Shown here: positions 38,978 through 52,365 of the stretch, piece by piece
Position numbering within the stretch: position 1 is the first letter of the stretch
How the letters are laid out: every line of letters begins with the position of its first letter
Assembly: GCA_951406725.2 (NCBI GenBank)
Contig: OX597814.1
Location: 210,428,001 to 210,492,000, forward strand
Direction of reading: 5' to 3'
Length of the DNA: 64,000 bases
Origin: Octopus vulgaris
Lineage: Eukaryota
Notes under the pieces: model-generated
Databases searched by the model: none
What the model was told of the DNA's origin: nothing
The model's input: only the letters and a program-made list of their open reading frames with translations
Program-made: the position numbers and the translations under genes

Positions 38978-39164
38978 TGTGTGTGTGTGTGTGTATTCAT
39001 ATATGTATGTATCTATGTATGTATACGACAGTCTTCTTCAATTTCGCTCTAGCAAATTTACTCGCAATGCTTTGGTCGCGGCATAGAAGGCATTTGCCAA
39101 AGTTTAGAAACAGTGGGACTCAACCCGGAACAATGCGGTTGGGAAGCAAGCAAGCGTCTTACCG

Positions 39165-39166
<2 letters not shown>
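38740..39166 (-). mobile_element. degenerate tRNA-derived SINE
   Basis: Colinear with the 19190 copy; CAGTGGGACTCAACCCGGAAC. Confidence 0.8.
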
Positions 39167-39202
<36 letters not shown>

Positions 39203-39339
39203 TGCACCAATTTTACCTTTAACAAATGTAATTGTTGTAACTAGCATATAATTTCCGATGATTTCTAGTTGATCTGTAAAATCGAAGAAATATGGCATAT
39301 ATTATTTCTGAGAGACGTTTGCACATTCATACCTCCGAT

Positions 39340-39950
39340 TCAGGTATAGTTGCATGATAAGGACTTCGCTTCCCAGTCACACAGTTTCGGGTTCAGCCGC
39401 GCTACATGGCACCTTGTTGAAGTAAGTTCTACTACTCTAGCCTCGGACAGACGTCATATTTGCTAGTGGATTTGGTAGAGAGAGCCCACCGGGTGGTTAC
39501 TCGTGCACGGTTCGGGCCACGTGGATTTTACTTAAGAAGTGAGCTAATGTAAAACGCATACATTTGATCACTATAAAAAAAACATTTGTGCAGGTCGTTC
39601 AGCAACTGCTGAACGCTCATGTGTCCTTTTCGACGGGAGATTCCACCATCATATATATTAGATAGACACACAAGTGTGTGTGTGAGTGTTTGTGTATGTG
39701 TGTGTGGATATGTACGCGGGCGCGTGTTTGCATTTGTGTCTTTCGTCCTACAGCATGGAAATCGTTGTTGGTTTGTTCATCTATTCTTAAGTAAGCGGTT
39801 AGTCAAGAAAGAACGATAGAATAAGTGCAAATAAGTGCAAAGGTTGATTGATTCGAATAAAACCTCTTCAAATCGGTGTCCTATGAAATCAATCCTTTAT
39901 CTTATACATGTTTTCCAATGACTGAAACATGTACAAGATAAAAGATGATA
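39340..39950 (+). mobile_element. degenerate tRNA-derived SINE with an internal insertion (~39488-39650)
   Basis: GGGTTCAG..GGCACCTT..GTGGATTTGGTAGA..; tail AATGACTGAAACATGTA. Confidence 0.75.
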
Positions 39951-40309
39951 GGTGTGTTTTTCTATTTCCAAGTCCAGATCATTTAAATAGTAATAACCAT
40001 TTTTTACCAACATTCACTATAATTGTATCCATACAATGAGAAATTGTATTAGTAGTTCAGTAATCAGAATATGCTTAGAATATAACTGTGCTTGAAGATA
40101 ATGAAATATGGTGTTAGTGTCTGAAAATGTCCATCGCTCTTATCCTCATCTTTCTTGCGTCAGCATTTCACTACATGTACATGCATATAATTGTCTATAT
40201 GTGATGCGGAACATTATTCAGAGGAAACTGGGTCATAGTTATCAGATAGTTCTTTCCCTCTCACAACTGGGAGACTAACAAGCGCGATTGTAGAACCATG
40301 ACTTGAATT

Positions 40310-40820
40310 CTGGCATTTGATTCTTTCATTTTATCGTTGTTGGAACTCTGCCTTAAATGGTTTTCATTTGATGAAATCCAACCCTGCATTTATTTCTTCT
40401 TTCTGAAGTCTGGAACTTATTCTGTCGTTTCCTTTTTTCCCACACCGCGAAGTTAATGGCATGTATATTGACGAAGCATGTTTATCAGGCAGCAGGTGAG
40501 GAGAAAGACATTTCCATACATAAATATATACACGCATACATGCATACGTGCATGCAAACATACATACATACGTACATACATACATACATACATACATGCA
40601 TACATACGTACATACATACATGCATACATACGTACGTACATACATACATGTATGCATGTTAGGTTTCTACGCGGTTTCCGGCAACCAAATTGACTCACAA
40701 TGCATAGGCCAACCCAAGTCTGCAAGAAAAACACCTATGCAAGGTCCTACGCAGTGGAACAGAATTCAAAACTACGTTGTTGCCAAGCAACCTCCTTAAA
40801 CTCCTGCCATGCCTGCATCT
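40310..40820 (-). mobile_element. highly degenerate SINE with an expanded internal (CATA)n
   Basis: CCAAATTGACTCACAATGC..CAAGGTCCTACGCAGTGGAACAGAA. Confidence 0.6.
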
Positions 40821-42189
40821 AAGTCATTATCCTCGGAGGGTAAAAGTCACCCTAATGAAATATATTTGGCCAAAGCAACGAAGATTGTGAGTATTTGTGT
40901 ATATAAAATTTGCATATAGAAAATTGATGGTATAAAGACATTGAAATCAGAATAAAATGTGAAAGTATATGAATGACATGGGTCAGATTTTAGTTCAATA
41001 AGCAGAGAACTAACCGTGCCATGTAAGAATCTGTTGGCTGTCAGATAAATATGTCCTGTACAAGGTTACGTACGACATCAGATTTACAGTAAATGGCTTC
41101 CGGTCGATATAATGCATACTACTTAGTTTTGAATTAGTCTAGAATTTCAAAAGAGAGCGGTGGTTGATTTCCTTGTTTACAACGGAAGAGTGATTATATC
41201 ATGAGTTGTCCAATATGTGAATGACGCCTCTATGCGGAAGAGAGAAAGAATGAAAATGTAAAAATATGGCACCTGCATTAGAAATGTATTTGCTTATTAC
41301 TACGAGCAGCAGGTTTATTGATGTGCAAAACTAATATTTACCAGGAAGATATCTGAACGTTGAGATACACCGGAATTTATGTAAAATGCGCTGAAAAGGA
41401 CATAGCAAACGATGGAACCGTTTCACTTTGTTACGAGTTTCTCTCATTGATTAAATATAAATAAAGTGTTGCATTATGTCTACTCGAGAGGGATCTTCCT
41501 GCAATCCTATATGATACACAACGAGCCAGCCAGCCAGGCCGACTGCAAACCAACCTCCATCCATCTATCCATCCATTCATCCATCCAACCAGCCAGCCAG
41601 CCAGCCAGCCAACCAGCTAAAGACAAATATATGTGGTCAGAAGAAAAATGCGTGGGTAATGGAATATAATATATATTCTATCATTTTACTTGCATCTTGA
41701 TACATGCATGGGAATATGTTATTTATAGATATGTCGATCGATGTTATAATTTCAGGTTTGTAATCCAGACAATGCAACAGAGAATGTTCCGGAAAATGAT
41801 ATAAATAATATAAGGTTCGATCGGTATTATTTTCTGTTAAGCCGCGATTAATAAACAACACTGCACATATGCTGCCGATACAATCGGGTAATTTTCTCAT
41901 CTATCAACGTAAAAATGTAGTTATTAATCTTACTGCACCTAAATCTATTATTATGAGATCATACATACATGCATGATGCATATATATATAAATATAATTT
42001 CATGATGATGAATTATATATATACATACACACAGGCACGCACACACATGGATACAAACACACAGATATGCATTGTGTTGTAGAATAATACATATCGTTTT
42101 GTAATCGAATAATTTGGTCACTTCTTGTTCAAATGATCTCGAATTTTAACAGCTTGTGCAGAAAGCAATGAACATTTTATGTTTAATAA

Positions 42190-43250
42190 TGTTTTTACTT
42201 TCATGTATAGAAATGCCATTCACAGGAAAAGAAAAGTTGCTTTATATTTTAGACTATACTCGAACACACTAAATCAAGACTTTGCAGTAAGACTTTCTGA
42301 AAGTATTTAGCTAAAAATGCACGAAATGTAGTGCAGATTTGCTTAAAGCGCTGCAGCAGGAAAGCTCTTTGAATAGGTTAAAGGGTTTCTAGACGACGAA
42401 CATCTCGGAACCGATGGTCAAGTGGAAATATTTTTTTCAAGCCCCGTGAGGTCCTTGAAAGTAGCAAGTCTTGAAAGCCAGGTTCCTGCAATGACAATTT
42501 GGTTGGCGTGTAGCAAAGGAAACACGTGCGATTGACATACTATAAGTTGCAGCTCGTTCAGGCCTTAAAGGCAAATGACAAACAAAAGCGCAAATAATTC
42601 CGAGTCGATACGCAAGAGAAACCTGAAAAAGACAAGTGTGAACAGTGCATTCTTTCCACTGGTGTGGCCACAATTCAGAGGAATAGCAAAGTCACCAACC
42701 ATAATATTCGCATTTAGGTTGAAGAAAATCACGACGCCACAGTTGAGCGCAAGAGGGCCTCATCAAAGGTGAAGGTGTTTGCGCAATATTCAAGAATCAT
42801 CTTTTCTTTGCGGGGAAGGTCAGGCGATATTTATCTGCATATGTTTCAGAACTGGTTTATTGATAAGCCCATTGCAAGGGAACATGATTACTTACTTTTA
42901 AAACAGAACGGCGCTTCATTTCATTGTGTAAATTTATCTCAATGAAAATTTGCCAGGGAGTAAGTGAGGATGTGCTGATGATAACGACAGTGTATTGCTG
43001 AAATGGACACCACGCTCACCTAACGTTACACCTTTCGAACTTTTTCTTTCTAAGGGCGATATGAAGAAGTTGAACTCTCTTCATACTCTTACTAAAAGCT
43101 TAGGGAAACACAATTACAGGATCACTGCTGCACTGGAGACTGCTACCCAAGATTTGCAACATGTTTGTAAGCAGCTAGACTAGTGACTTGAAACGTGCTG
43201 TGTCGTGGGCGGATCACAGACTGAAAATGTGAAAACTTTTGAAATGGTTC
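42190..43250 (+). mobile_element. Tc1/mariner-superfamily transposase relic, rosa/DD41D-like
   Basis: QNGASFH (QDGAPPH-like), LKWTPRSPNVTPFELF (WPPRSPDLTP-like) and EENHDA..ER (ENPH-like); heavily decayed. Confidence 0.65.
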
Positions 43251-43985
43251 ATGAAATCCACATATCTTTGAAGTTCCCATACAAATTTTGCTGAATAAAT
43301 CTTAATTTACTCATCATTAAACCTCTTTAGTTTCATTTGCCAAGACTATCTAGTTACTCAGACCTTTACATTTGAAATGATGAACGTTTTCAACCAACTT
43401 GTATGTGCGTGTGCGTGTGTGTGGGTATATATATATATATACATGTACATACACGTATACATATATAAATGTACATATACATATACACTCACGCAGACAC
43501 GTCTACACACTTATATACGCAAATGCCCACATACATACATACGTACATACAAATATATATATATGCGTACATGCTTGTATGCATGTATGCGCACGTACAC
43601 GTATAACATGCATAAATACACACACACATACATACACACACACATACATATGTATATATATTTATACACACACACATACTCACTCGTTTTCCACTGGGCA
43701 GTAATGCCCTTGAGAGATGGATATTAACCTGCATCTACTCCCACTCCCGTCAAATACATAAGTACAAACTTTGTATTTTTTATTGTTTGCTTTGTGCCAA
43801 TGTCAAAATATAATATTAAAATTTAGTATCGCATAATCGAGTCGCATAAACCGCAAAAAGTCAGAATATATACCTAACTATTTAGTTCCGTCCGTAGATA
43901 ACATTGTGATCTTTATTGCCATACGTCATTTGCACACTAAAATACGATTCCCAATTACATACTGCTATTATTTATTTTCCTGTAG

Positions 43986-44665
43986 TATATGTAATAAAAT
44001 CTTGTAGTATATTTGACAGTCCAAACCTTAATAGAAGCAATTCACTCTTTTGAAGGCTTAATATACTACGGACACCAAATATTAAATGTTATATATTTGA
44101 ATAGTGTAACCAAAGTAAATGTATATATATATACATATATAAATACATACATTCATATGAGAATACAACATATGTTACGCACTATATGGAAACAGCATTG
44201 TCGAAATGGGATGCACTAGATACACGATTCTTTGTTGCCAACCAACGCATAGCATTATATGCCAGCAGCTGCATTCTTCTAAAATGACCAGAATTCGGTG
44301 CGGACGATACAGCGAAAGCCATTATGTGTTTTAACTACAATACAGGTATGACATAAAGTGCAGTCCAATTGCAATTTCTGAGCGTGCTTTCAGTTCTATT
44401 CAATCAATAGAAAAATGCTGTTATCTTGTAAATCACGGAATGAAATAATCAATATATTATTTCCAGGGAACAAGGTGGTAAAACCTTATGACATAAATGT
44501 GTTTCTTAGAGCAGTTCTAAATTTTACATGCATAAAGTTGGAAGACTGGAAACAAAATGTCTCTAGCTTGATATTTCATGATTTACAGGAGGAAGTAATG
44601 GGTTTTATAATGCTAATTTCTTCACAAATGTCCTTATTTGTATAAGTAAAATAAAACGGATTTGA
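43986..44665 (+). pseudogene. candidate decayed exons of a Ly6/uPAR (LU)-like, possibly GPI-anchored protein
   Basis: Exon 43986-44114 (129 nt, phase 1-1) YVIKSC...F*...KCYIFE*CNQ resembles CCxxDxCN; donor at 44345 (ACAG|GTATGA); terminal exon 44589-44665 GSNGFYNANFFTNVLICISKIKRI*. Confidence 0.27.
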
Positions 44666-45437
44666 TAGGTTATTGAGTTCATGTTGCGATATCCGGTTCT
44701 GCGGAGCACTACACTTTTCCAAAGAACTGTGTAATACTTCAATCTATTACAGCCACACGTTTATGCATATGTTTGTATGCAGAAGTTTGTTTAGTGAATG
44801 AACCATTAAATTCCAAAATCATATAAAGAAATGCATTGATTATATTTGAAATTCTACGTCTTCCTTAGATGTAGATAGTCGATGATAGTAAATGGCCTCA
44901 CATGAAAGACTTCAGACATATTAACGCACAAAAAAATTGCAAAAGGTTATTTCATTTACTAATCCCGATTATATCAATCTTACAGCTAATAGCACGTATT
45001 CTCGTCCTAGAAAACATTAAGGAAAAAGGAAATTAAGAACAGAGAATGAAAATCAATATTGAGTCAAATGAAGAAAATGAAAGAAACTAAAATGTTTCAG
45101 AATAAAATTATTATTATTTAAAGTGCTGCATTTGAGTGTTTGTGTTTCTATTAATACGTGAATAATGAATAGTAGTTTGTTATACTTACCCCCCATCAAA
45201 AGATGGAAAGCCGACATCAAAATACGGATGTCTTTCATTAACGTCATAGCGATGTATAGGCGATAATTCATTCCCGTACGGCGGTCAGTTCAAATGGTTA
45301 TCTAATGCAGGAAATAAAATAATAATTAAAGCAATGAATAATGAATTAAGAACGATATAACAGTAAATACGAAAGTTCAATGCATACAATTACAGTAAGA
45401 AACAAAAGCAACAACAACAGAAAGATTAATATTAGTT

Positions 45438-45580
45438 GTTCTAAATTTCGGCACAAGGCCAACAGTTTTCAAGGGAAAAGTTAGCCGATAACATCTACCA
45501 TGTACTGGACTGGTACCGTGTTTTACCGACTCGGAAATGGTAAAAGAAAAAGACCACTTTGAGAGGATTCGAACGTATCA
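45438..45580 (-). mobile_element. degenerate Meta-like SINE
   Basis: TTTCGGCACAAGGCCAACAG...GACTGGTAC..GGATTCGAAC; reverse-complement similarity to the 32143 family. Confidence 0.55.
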
Positions 45581-45704
45581 ATCATCTCCTGTGTGAATAC
45601 TGTAGTTAGTACAATATATATATATATATAATAAAATATTATGGAATAAATCCACACTTACAGGGAAAAATCAGATTTAGGATTGAATCCAATTTTATAG
45701 TAAA

Positions 45705-45896
45705 ATATATTATATTAAATTAGAGATAAAACCACTATTAGGCAAATCATACAATGTGTTATACTAATTATCTTTTTTTAATAATTTTGATATATATTTA
45801 AAATAATATAAATTAATGAATCTTATGTATTGGCTTAAGTTTTTCATTGTATGATTTGCCTAATAGTGGTTTTATCTCTAATTTAATATAATATAT
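45705..45896. repeat. perfect 52-bp inverted repeat, 88-bp spacer
   Basis: 45705-45756 is the reverse complement of 45845-45896; lies within a (TA)n-flanked insert at 45631-45896. Confidence 0.9.
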
Positions 45897-45914
45897 ATAT
45901 ATATATATATAATC

Positions 45915-46601
45915 ACGAGCATGACTGTATAGATAAAAGAGGGCATTGGAATGTTACCCGAGTGTGGGGCTTCCAAACAACCGGAATATGAACACGAACC
46001 AGAGGCTTTTGTTTTAAGAGAATGAGAATTACAGGATACTTTGGATCTTTTCCCATAAAGGCTGAACATACTATTGAAGCAAGAAGACCAATAATGATTA
46101 TAGAGGATAAATGATAGTGTAAGCTAACACATTTTAAAGAGGCGATACCACAAAATGGAATAAAGTTGAGAAAAATTAGGATATATTCGGTGAGCTGATG
46201 AGACTGGAAAACAAAAAAAAAAAACAATTAGTTCTCTAGTAATTAGTGCACTTGGCGCAACGCACAAAATTCTACCTAAAAGATTGGAATTGACTGGAAT
46301 TGAAACTCGCATTATCGACTCTTTGAAAATTGCCATGCTACCATCAATCATCAAAATTGAGTGCATGTTAACTAAATTAGCATGCAATAGTGTAATAATA
46401 ATGCAGTACACAATGCAAACACTACTACAATAAAAAGACTACAAGCAGGCCTCATAATAAAACCAACTGATGCAATACAATACGGGGAAGAGTTTTCACT
46501 CCCGCAACAAGACAAGAGAACACACCATACTCAACACACCCCAGCAACAAAGAGATATTGCAAGTGGTCCAGTAGAAATTCGTCTGAAACTACCAAATTT
46601 T
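45915..46601 (+). mobile_element. R4/Dong-type LINE 3' fragment(s) ending in (TAA/TGA)n
   Basis: EHTIEARRP...LVISALGAT..LPKRLE..GI endonuclease remnants, followed by a 3'UTR-like segment. Confidence 0.75.
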
Positions 46602-46615
46602 TAATAATAACAATA

Positions 46616-46657
<42 letters not shown>

Positions 46658-46664
46658 TTAATGC

Positions 46665-46701
<37 letters not shown>
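46602..46701. repeat. (TGA)n/(TAA)n microsatellite
   Basis: Direct. Confidence 0.95.
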
Positions 46702-46703
<2 letters not shown>

Positions 46704-46821
46704 ACTGGTGACGTTTAACAGAAACAGAACACCGGGGGCGTTTAGGATGTAACAGCGATAAAACATTGCTCCGAAATCTATCCCAAAACATCGGGAATAA
46801 AGCCAACAAATAAGTGACAAA

Positions 46822-47066
46822 ATTTTGAACTATATCCGCGTAATACTCATTAAAATGTATTTCTTTTCCAATGAAATCAAGTATTTTAACTGCGTATCAT
46901 CTCCATCACTCGCACAAACTGTGTTAAACTATACCCGAGTAAGAAATATTTAAATAATTTTGGACTATATCCGAGTAATACTGATTAAAATTTATTTCTA
47001 TTTTCCAAATGAAATGATACCTTTTAACTGTGTATCGTCTCCGTCACTCGCACAACACGTGTAAAC
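46822..47066. repeat. diverged ~135-bp tandem duplication in the presumed LINE 5' region
   Basis: ACTATATCCG.GTAATACT.ATTAAAAT...TCACTCGCACAA occurs twice. Confidence 0.85.
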
Positions 47067-48006
47067 ACGTTTGCCACATTACGATCCAATCAACATCAGA
47101 CCATCTCCGTCGCAAACCACCATACACAAAAAATGAAAAATAATACCCGTATAATTCAAACCAAGGATAACAAACGGGAAGTACGTACTTCAAACTTATT
47201 ACAAAAAAGTACGAAAAGCTACACATGCAAAACCATTTAACAGCAGAAATGAACCTCCGGTAACCTTCGACAGTGATGACAATCAAAATAAGGGACCGAA
47301 CGTTATGCGCTATGTATCGCAAATGAAATAGAAAAAGCATAAATGGACATGTAAGGAATATATTTAAATCCAACGCACTTATTTTACAGCAGTGGTCTAC
47401 CTTCAGAACGAAAACGAAATATATACATATAAAATGTGGTAGAAACATAATCTAGATAAAGATCTGGATACAGCAATGAACCCTAATAAACTAGCTAACA
47501 TAGGCAGATATATTCTGAAAACAAAAATATATTAGAAGTAGAAATAGAACACTTAAAAGGAAAAAATACACCAGGAAAACGTAGATAGTATCAATACAGC
47601 AATGCAAAATAATATTATAAGACCTGTGACTATAAAATAAAAAAGACGGACGTAATATGCCCAACAAAAATGAAGTAAATACGGAAAAACAACGAATCCA
47701 AATGGTAGGAATGTATAATGATGAGCAAAATGCACCGAACCAGAACACCACAGACAAAAATATGACTACGAAACAAATCTAAAGCTTGGAAACTGTGAAG
47801 GTGAATCTAATGATTATGATACTTTAACAATGAGCATAATCCATAGGTTTCAGTATAGACCACCGATTGTACCTCCCCCCAAAATAAGATTGATAATAAA
47901 ACAGCATCAATAAGAAATAGCGTGAACCTGGCCATTAGATAACTAATAGTCACAGAACAAATGTCAATATGACTAAGCTAAATGACATATATATATATAT
48001 ATGTGT

Positions 48007-48316
48007 GGAGGCGCAATGGCCGAGTGGTTAGGACTCGCGGTTTTAGAATCGTGGTTTCGATTCCCAGACCGGGCGTTGTGAGTGCTTATTGAGTGAAAAC
48101 ACCTAAAGCTCCACGAGGCCCCGGCAGGGGGTGGTGGCGATCCCTGCTGTACTCTTTCGCCACAACTTTCTCACACTCTTTCTTTTGTTGGCCTACTCGC
48201 TTAGCCAGCGAGGTGGCGTCATTTGAAGGCCAAAACAATAATGCGAAGCGCATTGTGACCAGCGGTGTGTAGCAACATCTGATAGCCTGGTCGGTCACTA
48301 TGGTCACGGTGGTGAG
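48007..48316 (+). mobile_element. tRNA-derived SINE (second family) nested in the LINE
   Basis: A box TGGCCGAGTGG and B box GTTTCGATTCCC; (TA)n flanks. Confidence 0.9.
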
Positions 48317-51300
48317 ATATATATATATATATGCAGCAGCTTCTGTGACCACAAAAGTAGCTCGATACCGCTAAAAACACATCCAAACAGGAGTATCACC
48401 ACCCAAACAAACCCAGTGAATATATAGTATCCAGAAAAAATGAGAGAAAGGATCTGTCAATATTTAATGAAACTAGTAGACAATCAACACTATTAAACAA
48501 CAAGAAGAGATGAAAAATACTGCGTAAATACAAAATTGCAAAACAAGGTAACCCGAGGTAAAAGAACAGCTAAAGCAAGATATCATCACCAAAGCACAAA
48601 GAACCCTTCGTCATCAGAAACGGCAACGTTTCTTTGAACAAAACAAATAGTTCAACTTCAGTCCCCAAAGACTCTACCAAGAACATGGCAAAAATAAAAT
48701 AGAGACCGATGTAGCACCAACAGCAGAAGTATTTTGGAACAAAATTTTGTCGGCGAAGGAACAGCCTCAGAAAATATCTACCAAACGAACGGACTCAGCA
48801 CCTGAATAACTCTGGACCCTTTTAACAACTAGAGAGGTCACTCAGGTACTGCAAAATCTAAGCAACTGCAAAGCACCCGGGCACGAGAAAATCCCCAACT
48901 TCTGGTTAAAATATCTAACAGGTACACATAAAATGCTGGCTGAGAAATTTAATGAAATTCTAGCAGAGCCAGAGGCAATGCCTGAATGGCTCGCGGAAGC
49001 ATAATATATAAGCATAATGTATATAAAACATTCCATGAATAAATGGCAGAGTGTGCTACATTACCAGACAAACATCTTTATCAGAACTGAATTTGGATAC
49101 AAGTGTTTCGATAAAACAAACAGCCACCCCTTCCATATGTGTAATCTAAAATTGTACACTACAAAGGACAAATAGCTGGAAATATTAGTTCAGAAAGTAT
49201 TTGGATTTACCAAAGAAATAATTGCGAAATTCGTCTTACAAAAATGTGTCAAAGCAACCTGGAAATGAGGAAACCTAATTAAGAGTAACAACATCACACT
49301 ATACAAAGCAAATGAAATAAGAGAATTAGACCAAAACCAGATATGCAAATATTTAGGAATCAATGACATAGGTACGATACAACACACACAAATGAAAGAG
49401 AAGATACAAAAGAAATACTATAGAAGTGTTAGATTAATACTGAAAACAGAGCTGAATGCGAAAAACAAGATAATAGGTATCAACACTTCAGCTCTCCCAG
49501 TTATAAATTACAGCTCAAAATTCTTAAGAGGACTCGAAATGAACTAATCAAAATAGACAGGAAAACAAGAATAATAATGACAGGATTTAGGTTGCAGTCC
49601 CCAAAATCTGACATAGAAAGGCTATATATACAACACATGGAAGGTGGTAGGCGCCTTATACAGCTAGAAAACCATTACAAAATAACCACCATAGGACTAC
49701 AGAAATACTTACTTCATAAGCAACGAAAACTAGTACAAATAGCCCCAAAACATGAACAAAACAAAAAAAAAAAATGTTTTCAATTTTTTAGGAAGCTGAT
49801 AAATAAAAAAGAAAGAAGTCATAGCACCTAACAAGTATAAAAAAAGAAGAAGCAGCAAAAACTGTAAAACAACTGACACCCAAACTAAAACTGGAACAGC
49901 AATGGGTCATGATAAAATGATGACAAGAAAAGCCCATTCATGGCAAATATTGGGTTCAACTAAATAGAAAAAAGGAATAGATAAAGCAAAATCTGAGAAG
50001 CTCAGGACTAAAAGCAGACACTGAAGGATTTTCAATTGCAGCATAAGGGCAAAGCCTTGCCACCAGAAACCACCCAAAAAACAGTTAATGAAAAGAAAGT
50101 TTGCGCTTGGTAGTGCAGTGAAAGCACGTGATAAAAATAAGATTACGGAATGATGATGATGATGAAGATGATGATGATGATGATGATGATGATGATAACA
50201 ATAATATTAATAACAATAATAAGGTTTGCAATATGGATGTAATACGATCAGGCATTAGCATCCTTGTATGTTTTTGTTACTTCAATTAATCGTCTTTGGA
50301 AGGATGAAAAATACAAAAAATACGTTATTAAAAGTTTGTTATTTATTTCCCTCGAAAATAACCTGTTTTCTTCCTTTTACGCAACTCAATACATTATTGC
50401 CCCAAACATAGAATCTTTCACTTCGTATCAATGCTAGAAGTACGTATAATCTTTCGAACATCCTTTTCCATATATACGTCAGACCCATATGAATATTCAC
50501 TCTAGCACTACTACACTATAATGAAGCCCATCGTGCTACTTAGTATAAATTCAATTACAGGAAATTTCACAGCCACGCTGTTTCATTTACTTTCCTTCTC
50601 AGCCGTTTCAATAAAAGCGTCACCAACGCCAAACTGCTTGATAAATGCTTGATAATTACTTGGACCCATACAAAATGACTGTTTTCCCTCCTTACTTCAG
50701 CTTGACTGCTAGTTTTATTTTCTATCCAAAATAGTTTCTTCAATTGATTCTGTTGACTCATTGAAATCCTAGATATACTCGCCATATTTACGGCGTCGAA
50801 CTGCAATTCTTCAAACTCACCACAAGTTACATCAATTGCAACAGTTCGTTGAGGTCTACAAAGATCACATACATTTCCTCTTACAATTTAGTTAATTAAT
50901 TTTATAAATTAATTAATCGATGGATATATGTAACACTCGAAGCTGGTGATTTCCAAACTATACTAAGCTTCATATCAAACGATTTCTTGCAAACATTCTA
51001 ATAACCATACTAATCTTTAGGATTATCGTGTTCACCCAGGTAAAGGTCTCGTTTGAATGTCACCCGGAACAATGAAATTGATGCTTAATTGCTTTGCATT
51101 GTAATCCTCTGAAAAGACACAAATACCATGAAGCATTTCTTTCTTTTCATCCAGGCAGGGAAGAAAATTCATTACATGGTCAATAGCATTACTTGTAATT
51201 CAATCCCAACTCAGTACTTCTCTGGTCGCGTATGTGTGTAGCAAAGCAGTCCAACCATGAACGTCAATCTAATTGTTAGTTATAATGCATCGACATCTGC

Positions 51301-52199
51301 ATTAACCAGTATAACATTTGTCAAAAGTTAGTAACAGTCAAGAATTATCAACTTAAGTTTCATTATGTATTAGACAAATTTTCACAGATCCTAACTCCTA
51401 TGTCACTAAAGAAATGGCGAAATGCGGTATAAGTTCATAAAGAAATGTAATGTTCCAATACATATGTTTGGTGCACTATTCCTTCCTTCTCTCTATACCT
51501 CTCTCTCTCTCTCTCGTGTGTGTTTGTGTCTGTGTGTCTGTGTGTTTGTGTTTGTATGTATGTGTGCGTGTGTTTGTCCATGTGTATGAATTTATTGAAC
51601 TGATAGATTAGCAATGATTATATTAGGACTGTCAGTTCCATATTTGAATGGGCCATAAAATAATGGATGGATATTGTGATGGTAATTAACGATGACTTGT
51701 AATCGGCTGAAAAAAAAATACACTACATGTAGATTCGTTCGAATTAATTCGAGGTAACGAGACGAACTTCAGTTTCACTGCGCTATGAAAGGCCTTTTTA
51801 AATACAGACACACGTGACGGCAGGGTTTCAAACTGTCACACGTATACTGTAAAAAATACACGCACGCATACGCACATCATACCACAGCCCCACACACATA
51901 TATACACACATGTATACAGTTATGCACATATGTGAATATTATATAGCATAGCATTTTTTTTCCTAATGGACATAGGTCATTTAAACGTTTTGAATTTTAG
52001 CGATCGCTTTTCAATGGTTCTTTTTTCTCATGAATGAATGAGAGGTAGGCTATCTCTTTTAACTCGGAGTAATTGTGGAAACTTCTGACAAGAAGCAACA
52101 TCATGTTGATAAAATTTAGAAATCATTTTGTCAAACTATTTCATTCATCTCGCCAAAGAAATATGTGGCTTGCTGCAAAATAGTAAGACTAGAAAACAA

Positions 52200-52313
52200 A
52201 AGGCTATGTGGTAAGTAGCTTGCTTACCAACCACATGTGCAAGTGTCTTGCTCTATAGCTTCTGGTCGACCAAATAATTGTATTTGGTGAAGAAAACACA
52301 AAAAGCCTTTCGC

Positions 52314-52365
<52 letters not shown>

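Larger units (their letters stand above)
46702..50150 (+). mobile_element. long, internally deleted R4/Dong-clade LINE
   Basis: KEQLKQDI.TKAQR..RFFEQNK; NCKAPGHEKIPNFWLK; KYLGI; ILKTELNAKNKIIGINT.ALPVINYS; IDRKTR; PKSDIERLYI..EGGRRL; DTEGFSIAA. (TAA/TGA)n at both ends. Assignment of 46702-47990 as its 5' part is less certain. Confidence 0.88.

Noticed and set aside
44161-44345. In-frame TGA as selenocysteine
   Set aside because: No SECIS element recognised; a nonsense mutation or chance is simpler.
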